The notes beneath the pieces are model-generated. The model ran no database searches and was not told the DNA's origin. It worked only from the letters and a program-made list of their open reading frames with translations. Positions 19,344-29,100 of a DNA stretch of 64,000 bases are shown here, piece after piece. The stretch spans positions 2,368,001-2,432,000 of the forward strand of contig OZ251992.1 in NCBI GenBank assembly GCA_965246885.1, read 5' to 3'. The position numbers and the translations under genes are program-made. Position 1 is the stretch's first letter; each line of letters starts with the position of its first letter. This DNA comes from Abditibacterium sp. (GTDB lineage: Bacteria; Armatimonadota; Abditibacteriia; Abditibacteriales; Abditibacteriaceae).

Positions 19344-20999
19344 ATGGCCAAGCCCACTATTTTAGTCGCCGACGACGACGCGCAGGTGCTCAACGCCGTT
19401 TATTCCGATCTGCGCCGCCACTACGCCGACCGCTACCGCATCGTGCGCGCCGACGGCGGCACGACGGCGCTCGAAGCGTTACGGGAAATCCAAGGCCGGG
19501 GCGACTCGGTCGCCCTTATCCTCAGCGACCAGCGCATGCCCGACATGAATGGCGTCGAGATGTTGGAGCAAGCGAAAGAGTTGTTCCCCGACGCGCGCCG
19601 CGTCTTGCTCACCGCTTACGCCGACACCGAAGCGGCCATTAAAGCCATCAATGCCGTGCGCCTCGACTACTACTTGCTCAAGCCTTGGGATCCGCCCGAA
19701 GAGAAGCTCTACCCCACCCTTGACGACCTGTTGGGCGAGTGGCAGACCGGCTACCGCCCCGCCTTCGAGGGCATCCAGCTAATCGGCCATCGCTGGTCGC
19801 CCGACTCGCACGCGCTCAAGGACTTTCTGGGCCGCAATCAGATTCCCTTTCAGTGGCTCGACCTTGAAGCCGACCCCGAAGCGTCGCGCTTGGTTAAAGG
19901 CTCGCCGGGCGCGCGCTTGCCCATCGTCATCCTGCCCGGTGGCGAGAGGATGGAGAACCCCGATGCGTCCGCGCTCGCCGAAAAAGTGGGGATGCGCACC
20001 GAAGCCGCGCTTGATTTCTACGACCTCATCATCATCGGCGGCGGCCCTGCGGGGTTGGCAGCATCGGTCTACGGCGCGTCGGAAGGACTCAAGACCGTGA
20101 TGGTCGAGCGCACCGCGCCGGGCGGCCAAGCCGGTTCCAGTTCGCTTATCGAGAACTACCTCGGCTTTCCCGGCGGCGTGTCGGGCGCCGAACTCGCGCG
20201 GCGCGGCGTCACGCAAGCCATCAAGTTCGGCGTGGAAATCGTGGCGCAGGAAGTCTGCTCGGTCGAGGTCAACGGCCCCTTTCGCGTCGTGCAGTTGGTC
20301 AACGGCACGCGCATCGCGGGGCACGTCGTTCTGCTCGCAACCGGCGTGCGCTGGCGCCAGCTCGATGCTCCGGGCTTGGTGCCCTTGCAAGGCAAGGGCG
20401 TCTACTACGGCGCGACCATGCAAGAAGCGTCCCTTTTCAAGGGCGAAACCGTCGTGATTGTGGGCGGCGCGAACTCGGCGGGCCAAGCCGCCATGCACTT
20501 CGCCTCCTTCGCCAAGGAAGTCAAGATGGTCATTCGCGCGGGGGAATTGGGCGCGGGCATGAGCGACTACCTGATGGAGCGTATCGAACGGGCCGACAAC
20601 ATCGAGGTTCTGCCACTTACCAAAGTGGCCGAAGCGCACGGCGAGGAGCGCTTGGAATCGCTGACACTCGAACACGTCGAAACCGGCGAGAAGAGCGACA
20701 TTGCCACGAGCGGGCTGTTCATTTTTATCGGCGCCGAGCCGGGGACGGACTTCGTCGGGGCGTTGGTCAAGCGCGACGAAAAGGGGTTCATCCTGTCCGG
20801 CGTCGACCTGATGGACGGCGGCAAAGCGCCCGACGGCTGGCCGTTAGAGCGCGACCCGATGGCCCTCGAAACCAGCGTCCCCGGCGTCTTTGTCGCGGGC
20901 GACGTGCGGCACGGCTCGATGAAACGCGTCGCGTCCGGCGTGGGCGAAGGCTCGACCGCCATTTCCCTCGTCCACCAATACCTCAGGAACGTCCGGTGA
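19344..20999 (+). CDS. Response-regulator receiver fused to thioredoxin-reductase-like FAD oxidoreductase
   Basis: REC motifs (VADDD, SDQRMP, LLTAY, KPW); GGGPAG, IENYLGF, VGGANSA, TSVPGVFVAGDV. Confidence 0.93.
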   Translation: MAKPTILVADDDAQVLNAVYSDLRRHYADRYRIVRADGGTTALEALREIQGRGDSVALILSDQRMPDMNGVEMLEQAKELFPDARRVLLTAYADTEAAIKAINAVRLDYYLLKPWDPPEEKLYPTLDDLLGEWQTGYRPAFEGIQLIGHRWSPDSHALKDFLGRNQIPFQWLDLEADPEASRLVKGSPGARLPIVILPGGERMENPDASALAEKVGMRTEAALDFYDLIIIGGGPAGLAASVYGASEGLKTVMVERTAPGGQAGSSSLIENYLGFPGGVSGAELARRGVTQAIKFGVEIVAQEVCSVEVNGPFRVVQLVNGTRIAGHVVLLATGVRWRQLDAPGLVPLQGKGVYYGATMQEASLFKGETVVIVGGANSAGQAAMHFASFAKEVKMVIRAGELGAGMSDYLMERIERADNIEVLPLTKVAEAHGEERLESLTLEHVETGEKSDIATSGLFIFIGAEPGTDFVGALVKRDEKGFILSGVDLMDGGKAPDGWPLERDPMALETSVPGVFVAGDVRHGSMKRVASGVGEGSTAISLVHQYLRNVR

Positions 21000-21002
21000 C
21001 TT

Positions 21003-22424
21003 ATGCCTATTGACTGCCAGAAACTCGATACCCTCCGGCGCGTGCCGGTCTTTGAAGCGTGGCTGAGCACCGGCGACACCGTTTGTTTGGAGCACCTCTC
21101 GCGCGGCGAGGAAGTGCGCCTTCGTGACGGCGAGTGGCTCTGTCACGAAGGCGAACCCGCCGCGTTCTACCTCGTGCTCGAAGGCGAACTGCGCGTTTCC
21201 AAGCGCGTCGGCGACGCCGATATGCTCCTCACCACGCACAAACCCGGCGTGTTCTTTGGCGAAGTTCCGCTCATGATGGGCAGCCCCTTTGTCGCGTCGG
21301 GGCAAGCATCGGGCGAGTTCGTCGCTTTTCGGATGAGCGAGGAAGCGTTCTGGTCGCTGTTCGCGTCGTGCCCCGACATCGCGCGCGAAATCACCAAAAC
21401 GATGGCGTGGCGCACGCAGGACTTGGAATCCCTTTCGCAAACGCGCGAGAAGCTCGTGTCGCTGGGCACCCTTGCGGCGGGGTTGGCGCACGAACTCAAT
21501 AACCCCGCCGCCGCCGCCGCGCGCGCCGCGTCCTTGCTGCGCGGCGCGATGCGCGAAGTCGAGGCGCGCGCCATCGCCATGCACGGCTTGGGCTTTGAAC
21601 CGTCGCAGTGCGAACTGCTCAAGTCGCTGCGCGAGGCGTCCTACAAGTTCGCCGAAAACAACGAAACCAAGCTAACGGCCATGCAACGCTCCGACGCCGA
21701 AGACGAGCTTGCCGACTGGCTCGACGACCACGACATCCCCGACGGCTTCCAACTCGCGCCCACCTTTGTCGGCGCGGGCGTCAGTCTCAAGTCGTTCGAA
21801 ATGCTTGCGCAACAGGTGGACTGTAGCGCCCTCGCCGCCGTCGTCGCGTGGCTCGAAGCGAGCCTGCGCGCCGACAGGCTGGCGCTGGAAATCGAGCGCG
21901 CGTCGGGCGCCATTTCCAAGCTGGTGAGCGACGTCAAGAACTACTCGCACATGGACGAGGCGCCCCAGCAGATGAGCGACGTTCACGAAGGGCTTGATTC
22001 CACGCTTTCCATGCTGCGCTTCAAACTGCGCGGCATTGAGGTTGTGCGCGACTACGACCGCGAACTGCCGCAGTTCCTCGCGCACGGGAGCGAACTGAAC
22101 CAAGTCTGGACGAACCTGCTCGACAACGCCGCCGATGCCCTCAAGGCCGGCGACGATGCCAAAAAGGGAGCGCGCATCGAAATTCAGACCTCGCGCGACG
22201 CCGATCACGCCGTTATCCGCATCGGCGACAACGGCTCCGGCATCCCCGCCGACATCCAAAAGCGCATCTTCGAGCCGTTCTTCACTACCAAGGGCGTCGG
22301 CTCCGGCACTGGCTTGGGCCTCGACATCGCCCACCGCATCGTCGTCGGCAGACACGGCGGCGACATCAAAGTCGAGTCAAACGAGGGCGGCACCACCTTC
22401 TGGATTCGCCTGCCGTTGGGCTAA
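21003..22424 (+). CDS. cNMP-binding-domain sensor histidine kinase
   Basis: cNMP fold (HEGEPAAFYLVLEGE, FFGEVPL); AHELNNP, NQVWTNLLDNA, DNGSGI, FFTTK, GTGLGL. Confidence 0.93.
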   Translation: MPIDCQKLDTLRRVPVFEAWLSTGDTVCLEHLSRGEEVRLRDGEWLCHEGEPAAFYLVLEGELRVSKRVGDADMLLTTHKPGVFFGEVPLMMGSPFVASGQASGEFVAFRMSEEAFWSLFASCPDIAREITKTMAWRTQDLESLSQTREKLVSLGTLAAGLAHELNNPAAAAARAASLLRGAMREVEARAIAMHGLGFEPSQCELLKSLREASYKFAENNETKLTAMQRSDAEDELADWLDDHDIPDGFQLAPTFVGAGVSLKSFEMLAQQVDCSALAAVVAWLEASLRADRLALEIERASGAISKLVSDVKNYSHMDEAPQQMSDVHEGLDSTLSMLRFKLRGIEVVRDYDRELPQFLAHGSELNQVWTNLLDNAADALKAGDDAKKGARIEIQTSRDADHAVIRIGDNGSGIPADIQKRIFEPFFTTKGVGSGTGLGLDIAHRIVVGRHGGDIKVESNEGGTTFWIRLPLG

Positions 22425-23290
22425 ACCCCAAAAGCCGCCCGAAACGGGGCAATCATCCGTTCGTCTTGCGATGGGTCGAGGACGGCGAAGGCGACGCGTG
22501 CGAACGCGCCTCGGAACGGGCCGGTCAGCGCGGCGGCGAACAGGGGCGCGACTTCGCGGGGGTCGTTGCCGAAGGCGCCGCAACCCCACGCGCCCAGCAC
22601 AACCGCGTCGTAGTTTTCGGCAAGTGCGATGGCGAGCACCTTTTCGATGCGCGCTTGGAAGATGGGTAGGATGCGCTCCCGCTTCAAGTGAATCGCTTTG
22701 GCGTTGGGCGCGGCGGCGGTGAGAAAGGCCGTCGTCCAAGGGGTTTCAAGGAGCGTCTCGCCCGGTTCGTCGTCCCGGAATACCGGGACTAAGGGCGACA
22801 GCATCATCCAGTCCGAGTAAAATCCCCCGCCCATCGCGCGGTGGAAGTCGTAAAATTGCCTATTGGCTTCCAAACAACGCGACAACCCCGACCCGCGACA
22901 CAAACACTCCTCCTGCGCCCGCGCGCCGTTGCGCCAGCCGCCACCAACCGACTTGGCGGACGCAAAATTGAGCGCGAGGGTGCGCATGCCCGCTTCTTCG
23001 AGCCGCTTCGCGGCGGCAAAAGTGGACTCATTACGCACTTCAATCACCGTCGCGCGCGGCGTGAACGGCGCAACTGCGGGCGTGACGCCTTCGCGGAAGT
23101 GAGCAGTGACTCGGACAGCGCGCTCAACGGCGGCAGTGAGTTCCACCCGTTCGCCGCGCGCGTTGAGGTAGAAACCAGCGTCCAAGATGGCGAGGGTTTC
23201 GGCGGCGACCGCGCGGGCGCGCTCGCGGGAAAAGGGCGCGGGAGGAGTCGCGCCTTCTGGGGCGTCGAAGGGAAGGGTTAACTGCGACAT
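22421..23290 (-). CDS. TIGR02452-family bacterial poly(ADP-ribose) glycohydrolase-like protein
   Basis: LNFASAKSVGGGWRNGARAQEECLCR (GGG-x6-QEE) and VLGAWGCGAFGN. Confidence 0.92.
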   Translation of the reverse strand: MSQLTLPFDAPEGATPPAPFSRERARAVAAETLAILDAGFYLNARGERVELTAAVERAVRVTAHFREGVTPAVAPFTPRATVIEVRNESTFAAAKRLEEAGMRTLALNFASAKSVGGGWRNGARAQEECLCRGSGLSRCLEANRQFYDFHRAMGGGFYSDWMMLSPLVPVFRDDEPGETLLETPWTTAFLTAAAPNAKAIHLKRERILPIFQARIEKVLAIALAENYDAVVLGAWGCGAFGNDPREVAPLFAAALTGPFRGAFARVAFAVLDPSQDERMIAPFRAAFGV

Positions 23291-24123
23291 ACGGCATCTG
23301 CGACGCGCACCACGTCGCGCATCTCTTTGACATCGTGAACGCGCACTATGTCGGCGCCACTCTCAATGGCAAGGGCGACACTTGCCGCCGTGCCCCACAG
23401 CCGCTCCTCGACCGGGGCGCCGCCCAAAATGCGCCCCAACGTGGACTTGCGGCTGGTGCCCGACAGCATCGGGAAGCCGAAGGCGGCCAACTCGCGCCCG
23501 CGCCGCAGAAGCGCGAGGTTCTCCCCGACCGACTTTCCAAAGCCGAACCCCGCATCGAAGCACAGCCGCTCGTCCGCGATGCCCGCCGCCCGCGCCGCGT
23601 CCAAGCGCGTCCGCCAAAAGGCGAGCACCTCGGCCACGACATCCCCCGCGACCGGGGCGCTTTGGCGGCTCCAGCCCATCTGTTCCGGCGCTTCGCGTAG
23701 GTGCATCAACACAAGTCCGCAAGCGGAAGCCGCGCATACCGTCAGCATCTCCGCGTCGAAGGTCGCGCCGGAAATGTCGTTAACAATGCTCGCGCCCGCG
23801 TCCAGCGCGCGCCGCGCGACCTGCGCTTTGGTCGTGTCCACGCTCAACGGCACCCCCGCGCCCGCTGCTCGTAGGCCCTCGACAACGGGCAGTACGCGCT
23901 CCAACTCTTCCGCCAATGAGATGGGGAGGGCACCGGGCCGCGTGCTTTCGCCGCCGATGTCCAGCACGTCCGCTCCCTCGTCTATCATCCGCCGACCGCG
24001 CTCGATGGCCCGCCGCGCCGACACGCCGTCGCCCGAAAACGAATCGGGCGTCGCGTTCACGATGCCCATGATGTAAGTGCGCGCCCCCAACGGAAGGCGA
24101 TATTCGCCGCAGTGCCAGTGCAT
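23278..24123 (-). CDS. folP: Dihydropteroate synthase
   Basis: MGIVNATPDSFS, DIGGESTRPG, SVDT, NDISG, DAGFGFGK, SRKS, VRVHDV. Confidence 0.97.
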   Translation of the reverse strand: MHWHCGEYRLPLGARTYIMGIVNATPDSFSGDGVSARRAIERGRRMIDEGADVLDIGGESTRPGALPISLAEELERVLPVVEGLRAAGAGVPLSVDTTKAQVARRALDAGASIVNDISGATFDAEMLTVCAASACGLVLMHLREAPEQMGWSRQSAPVAGDVVAEVLAFWRTRLDAARAAGIADERLCFDAGFGFGKSVGENLALLRRGRELAAFGFPMLSGTSRKSTLGRILGGAPVEERLWGTAASVALAIESGADIVRVHDVKEMRDVVRVADAVCRS

Positions 24124-24132
24124 AAAGTCGCT

Positions 24133-25053
24133 TCAATCGTAATCGTAAACCCACACCGCGACGCCGCGCTCGCACAGCGTTTGAAGGATGAGCGGCTCGA
24201 TGCGCTCCCACTTGCCGCCCGCCAAACCGCAACCAATGCGCGGCATATGCACGCTCGCCTTGTGTTCGAGTGCCCAGTCGCCGACTCGCGCGAGGCCGCG
24301 TTCGATGGCGTCGTAGCGAACGGGCGGCGGGCCAACGTCGCCTTTGCGTGCTTTTCCATGTTGGCCGATCATGTTTGCCACCCACAAGTCGCGCCCGACC
24401 GGTATCAACTGCGCCGCGCCCAGCCCGAAGTCGTTATTCGCGCGCTCCCGGTGCCACGCGCGGAACGCGCGCTCCGGTTCGGGAAAGCGTTTCGACAGCG
24501 CGAGGACAAAACCGCGCCCCCAGCCGCCCAAGTCGTTGCAAACGTGGGCAATGATTTGCGGGCCTTTGACGGAAGGCGCGCTCGCGTCGCCTTGGAGATA
24601 AGTGATTTCGGTCATCAGTTCCAGCCTCTTGCCCATGACGAAGTGCGGGCCGACAGTGGGGATGTCGAACTCTTCCCCCCACTTCTCGAAGCCCAACTTA
24701 TCGTAGAAACCGACGGCGGCGCGGCGGGCGTTGCACCAGAGTATCTCGATATGGGCGGCGCGCGCTTGCGCTTCGGCGAAACGCACGAGCCTCGCGCCGA
24801 CGCCCTGCCCGCGCCGCGCGGATTCGACGGCCATGCCGCGCAGTTGCCACGCGCGGGCGGCGGGCGCGAAGGGCGCAGGCGCGGGCACGATAAAGCCAGC
24901 GCCCACGATGGTTTCGCCGTCGAAGGCGGCGAAGTGGCGCGCGTCTTCGGGCATCTCGCCGCCAAAAAGCGTCTCGTCAGGAGCGTAGCCGGGGCGCAGA
25001 ACGCGGCACCGGAGCGGCAGGGTTTGGGCCGCCGTCACTTCTCGCACGACCAT
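24133..25053 (-). CDS. GNAT acetyltransferase fused to Poa1p/TARG1-like macrodomain
   Basis: GNAT: WQLRGMAVESARRGQGVG, WCNAR...FYDKLGF. Macro: GDAS...IIAHVCNDLGGWGRGF...MPRIGCGLAGGKW. Confidence 0.88.
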   Translation of the reverse strand: MVVREVTAAQTLPLRCRVLRPGYAPDETLFGGEMPEDARHFAAFDGETIVGAGFIVPAPAPFAPAARAWQLRGMAVESARRGQGVGARLVRFAEAQARAAHIEILWCNARRAAVGFYDKLGFEKWGEEFDIPTVGPHFVMGKRLELMTEITYLQGDASAPSVKGPQIIAHVCNDLGGWGRGFVLALSKRFPEPERAFRAWHRERANNDFGLGAAQLIPVGRDLWVANMIGQHGKARKGDVGPPPVRYDAIERGLARVGDWALEHKASVHMPRIGCGLAGGKWERIEPLILQTLCERGVAVWVYDYD

Positions 25054-25929
25054 TTAAACCTCGCCCCGCTCGCGCCAAAAGTCGCGGTAGATGGAAACGA
25101 GGAGCGCATCTATGCGCGCCACGTCCGGCGCGTGGGGAAGCGGCGCCGAATCGTAAAGCGCGTCCAACTCGGCGATCAAGGCATCCGAGAGCGCGACGAT
25201 CTCCTCGTAAGCAAAGGCACCGCCCCGGATGGAAAGCAGGTAATCGCGGTCGGGACGCTTGACGAGCACGCCTTCACCGCGCCCGATTTCCCGCGCCATG
25301 AGGAGCAGGCGTATCAGATGCATGGCGTGCTTGCGGTCGTAGCCCGACTGCTCCTCCATCGCAGCGCGCGCCGGGTTGCGGTTCTCCTTCCACTCCCAGT
25401 ACTGCTTCCACTGCTTGAGCGCAGTGTCGTAGGCCAGTTGGTCGAAGACCTCGGCGTGTCCCAGCCCTTCGATGAACTTGCGGCGGACGAACTTGGCGGG
25501 CAAGGGCGCTTCTTTGGGATGCGCGTTATCCACCCACGCTTTGTGGCCGCGCAGCTTTTTCAGTTGCGCGACGGCGTAGCCCGAAAAGGTGTGCTTGGCG
25601 CGGCGCGTCAGAAAGAGGGCGCGCGCTTCCCGAAGCCGCTCCCACAACGGCGTCGAAAGCAATACGTCGTCGGGATGGATGTAAAGCAACTCCAAAATGT
25701 TGGGGTTGCAATCTTTGGCGAGGGCGACGAACTTGCGCAGTTCAAAAACCACGTAATCGCCGTCGTATTCCACGTTTTCAACGGGGAACAGCCCGCACAC
25801 ATTAGAGGGCGTGCCCACGAAAACGCCGCGCGTGTCCTCATCGCTTGTGGCGGTGTTGAGGCCATAGGCGTGGCTCCCCGCGCGACAGGTAAAAATCCGC
25901 CGTTCCCGCGCTAACTGGGCCGTGTTCAT
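25054..25929 (-). CDS. RlaP-like (DNA pol beta superfamily) nucleotidyltransferase
   Basis: AGSHAYGLNTATSDEDTRGVF (GS...DxD), NPNILELL, GYDRKHAMHLIRLL. Confidence 0.9.
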   Translation of the reverse strand: MNTAQLARERRIFTCRAGSHAYGLNTATSDEDTRGVFVGTPSNVCGLFPVENVEYDGDYVVFELRKFVALAKDCNPNILELLYIHPDDVLLSTPLWERLREARALFLTRRAKHTFSGYAVAQLKKLRGHKAWVDNAHPKEAPLPAKFVRRKFIEGLGHAEVFDQLAYDTALKQWKQYWEWKENRNPARAAMEEQSGYDRKHAMHLIRLLLMAREIGRGEGVLVKRPDRDYLLSIRGGAFAYEEIVALSDALIAELDALYDSAPLPHAPDVARIDALLVSIYRDFWRERGEV

Positions 25930-25969
25930 GACCCAAAGTTTAAGCCGCCCGCCTTCTGGCGCCCAATGG

Positions 25970-26083
25970 CCGGTACAATTCTTTGGAAGAATTAGCTAAC
26001 TGCCCAGAGAATTAACTAATCTCTTTGAAGAATTATATACGCCAAGCGGTGGCGCATGTCATTCCTCGGAAAAATTGTACCGG
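25970..26083. repeat. AT-rich 114-bp element with 11-bp terminal inverted repeats and phased AGAATTA
   Basis: CCGGTACAATT (25970-25980) and AATTGTACCGG (26073-26083); AGAATTA at 25988, 26008 and 26029. Confidence 0.7.
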
Positions 26084-26108
26084 TAGCCGTTTCGCGCAGG
26101 TTGCTCTT

Positions 26109-29100
26109 TTACTTCAACACCAAATTCCTCACCTCATACCACGCGCCCTGCGGGTTGCCGTCGAAGCCCTGCCAGCGATACGGGTCGCCGTCCAGGGCGC
26201 CGATGCGAACTTCATCCACTCTTGCGCCGCGCGGCAGGGCGGCGCCGAGGTCGAACGACATCGGTGTCCAGCCGTCGTGCGGGGTGCCGCGCGTCATCTT
26301 ACCCAAAGAGGGGTACTGTGCATCGGGGAGTTGGGGCGGCGACATTTCCATGAGGTGCCAGTCGTCGCCGACTCGAATGTAGGCGTCCACATGGGTATCC
26401 TTGCTCGCGCGCCAGTCGAACGACAAGCGAGAAGTAGGGGTTAGGGCTTGGTTCATCGCAGTGGTAGACGCAAATAGGCCGCCCGCGATTTGGTTTTCGA
26501 CGCGCCAGCCCTCCTTCGCAGGCGTGGTCAAAGTGGACGTCTCGTCGTTATCAACGCCAGTGAGGGACTCCGTCCCACTCTGGTTGGGTGCGGCGGCGCG
26601 CGGGGCGGTGTCGCGCAGAGTCGGGGGCGTGGACAAGCCGCCCATGCGCTCCGCTTCGATTTTGGCGCGGGCGATCATGATGGTGGAGTTGAGCGTCCAC
26701 AAACACACCCGCCCGCCATCCTTCCAGCCCGCGACGGGGTGCGGGTCGAAGTATTCGCACATCGGCTCTTGGTTGACCAACAGGGACACGAGGACACCGC
26801 TTTGCCCATTGCGCACGGCGCCCTTGGCACTCGCGCGGACGTACACCCAAGTGCGGTGCCAGTTGGGGTTGCGGTTGATAACGTCGTGGAACCACGCACC
26901 ATCGCTTGTGTTTTCGGCGACGAGTTGCCCGTCGCGCCGTATCTGGGTGCGGGTGTTGTCGTGTCCGGCGACGAGAAAGGAGTAGCCCGAAGCGGGGTTT
27001 TGGCCGTCGCCGCAAAGAGTCACGTTGAGGTCGCCGGGGTGCGAGTAGCCCGGTTCTTTGGGCAAGTCCATCTGGGGGTGCGCGTAGTACTGCGCCACGA
27101 CATCGCCGCCGTAGGTGCGCTTTGTCCACAAGCGCGGTTGCCGACCGGTGCCGCCAAAGAACGACCAGTCGCCGTAACACGGCCAGCGCGAGAACACGCT
27201 CCACTTGCCCGACGGCGCGTAGAAGTCAATGGGCGCGTCGGAGAAGGTAAAGTCGTCGCGGTTGGCGCTCCACAGGTTAAGCTCGCTCGTTTGGAGGCGG
27301 AAGCCGTCGGAGCGATAGCCCAAAGCTTGGTCATCAGGGGGAATGAGCGGAACCGAGAAGAGAACCTTCCCACCGCCGCGAAGCGTGAGCAACCCATCGC
27401 TCCAATGGAGTGACAGCGCCGTGTTGCCGTCGTCGTGGGCGACCAAGTCCGCGACTTTGCTTTGCGCGCTCGCCAACGGTTTGCCGCCGCGCGCCAGCGT
27501 CCATGTGACAAGGGTGCCGTCGCCGCTGACTTCGCCGCGCAGAACGAGGCCGGATTTGAAATCGTCGCGGCGCGCCCACAGCGCCCACTCGACGGTGCCG
27601 CGCCAATTGGAGCGCCAAGGGCAGTCGAGCGACCACGCTCCGAACAGTTCGGCAGTGTTCCAAAACTGCAAGCCGTCTTTGTCGGGCGTGGCGGGCCATT
27701 CGCCCACCGACGAGGCCCAGCCAAGCATAAAGCCGTCGCCCGCGAAGCGCGAAGCGACTTTGGGCGGATCGGGAGCAGGGGGAAAGTAGATGACCGCATC
27801 AGAAAAGCGCGCTTCGCCGCCAACGGCGCGTAGCCCGAACTGCCCCGCCGTCGCTAACGGCATCGCAACAAGCGCGCGACCCGATGAACCGAGCGAGAAC
27901 GCGCCGCCCGCGACGCTCACACTCAGCCTCTTGCTCGCGGCAGGAGCGCCAAACGGCGCGCTCGCTTCGACGTGCTCCGTCCCGTTCTGGACGCGCACGG
28001 CTTGGATTTTTCCTTTGAAGGGCACCGACGCGCCAATTCCGGCCCACCGGATGAGGGCGTAGTTCTTGGCATCGCGCCAGCCCGCGACGACGGCGCCGGA
28101 GGAAGTCGCCGTCCAAGGCGTCGAGAGAAGGGTGCGGTAGTTGTCCCAGTCGGGGCGCCCGGTCAGGAGGGTCGCGCCGCGCGTGTTGGCCGAAGCGGAA
28201 GCGCCCGCCAACGCCCAACCCTCGCCGCTCCACGCGCCGCCCGACGTGAAGGCGGCGCGCAGGAAATCGTAGGAGCGAACGTGGACATCGTCCCACAGCG
28301 CGGGCGCATCCTTGGAAAGCAAAGCGATTTTGCCTTGCCCAAGCGCCGAAGTTGGCGCGCGTAGGACGGGGGCGCCGTCAAGCAAACCCTCAACGTTGCC
28401 GGGAGAGGTGCGTAGCCCGATTTGCACCCATTGACGCGGCACGAAGCCGCTGACGGCGCTCGCCAAAACGGTGGTTTTTCCGCCGCGCACAAGCACTAAC
28501 TCGCGCTTGCCTTGGCCGCCGTTCGTGTTGGGGGATAAGCGAAAAGCGAGGTAGTTGGAAGCGTCCAGCAGGTCGGCGGCAATACCGATGGAAGCGCCTT
28601 CTTCGGGTCGCACTGCAACGCGGGCATCGTAATCGTTCCAGAAGGGGCGTCCGGCGCTCGCCACGCTCCACGACGGCGAAGCGTCGGACGCGAACGCGAA
28701 GGGGTTGGCGCTCATGTCAGCGTTGCGGGCCGACACTTTTTTGGAGGCCGCCGATAGACTCCACGTGCCGCTCAGCTTGTCCCAACCCAAGTCGCCGCCA
28801 TCGCCCGCGCGGGTGAAGTCGTCATCGAAATGCACCGGCTCGACGGGTTGCAAGCGCGGCTCGTTCACCTTCCATGCTCCCGTTGTGCGAATGCCGATTT
28901 TGCCGTTTGTCCAAGTAGCGTCGAAAGCGCGCAAGACGACCGCGCCATCCACAAGAAGGTTCATTCCGAACGGGCGGCGCTGCAAAGTGACCCGACTGAC
29001 ACTTTTCCACGCGACGGGGGTGGCGCTGAGAGGGCGGGCGTGGCCGTTTGTCACAACAGAGAACCGCGCGGCGCGGGGGGCGGCATCGAGGGCGTAAAAG

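Noticed and set aside
24112..25914. 600-aa plus-strand ORF
   Set aside because: Antisense to the GNAT-macro and NTase genes; typical high-GC shadow.
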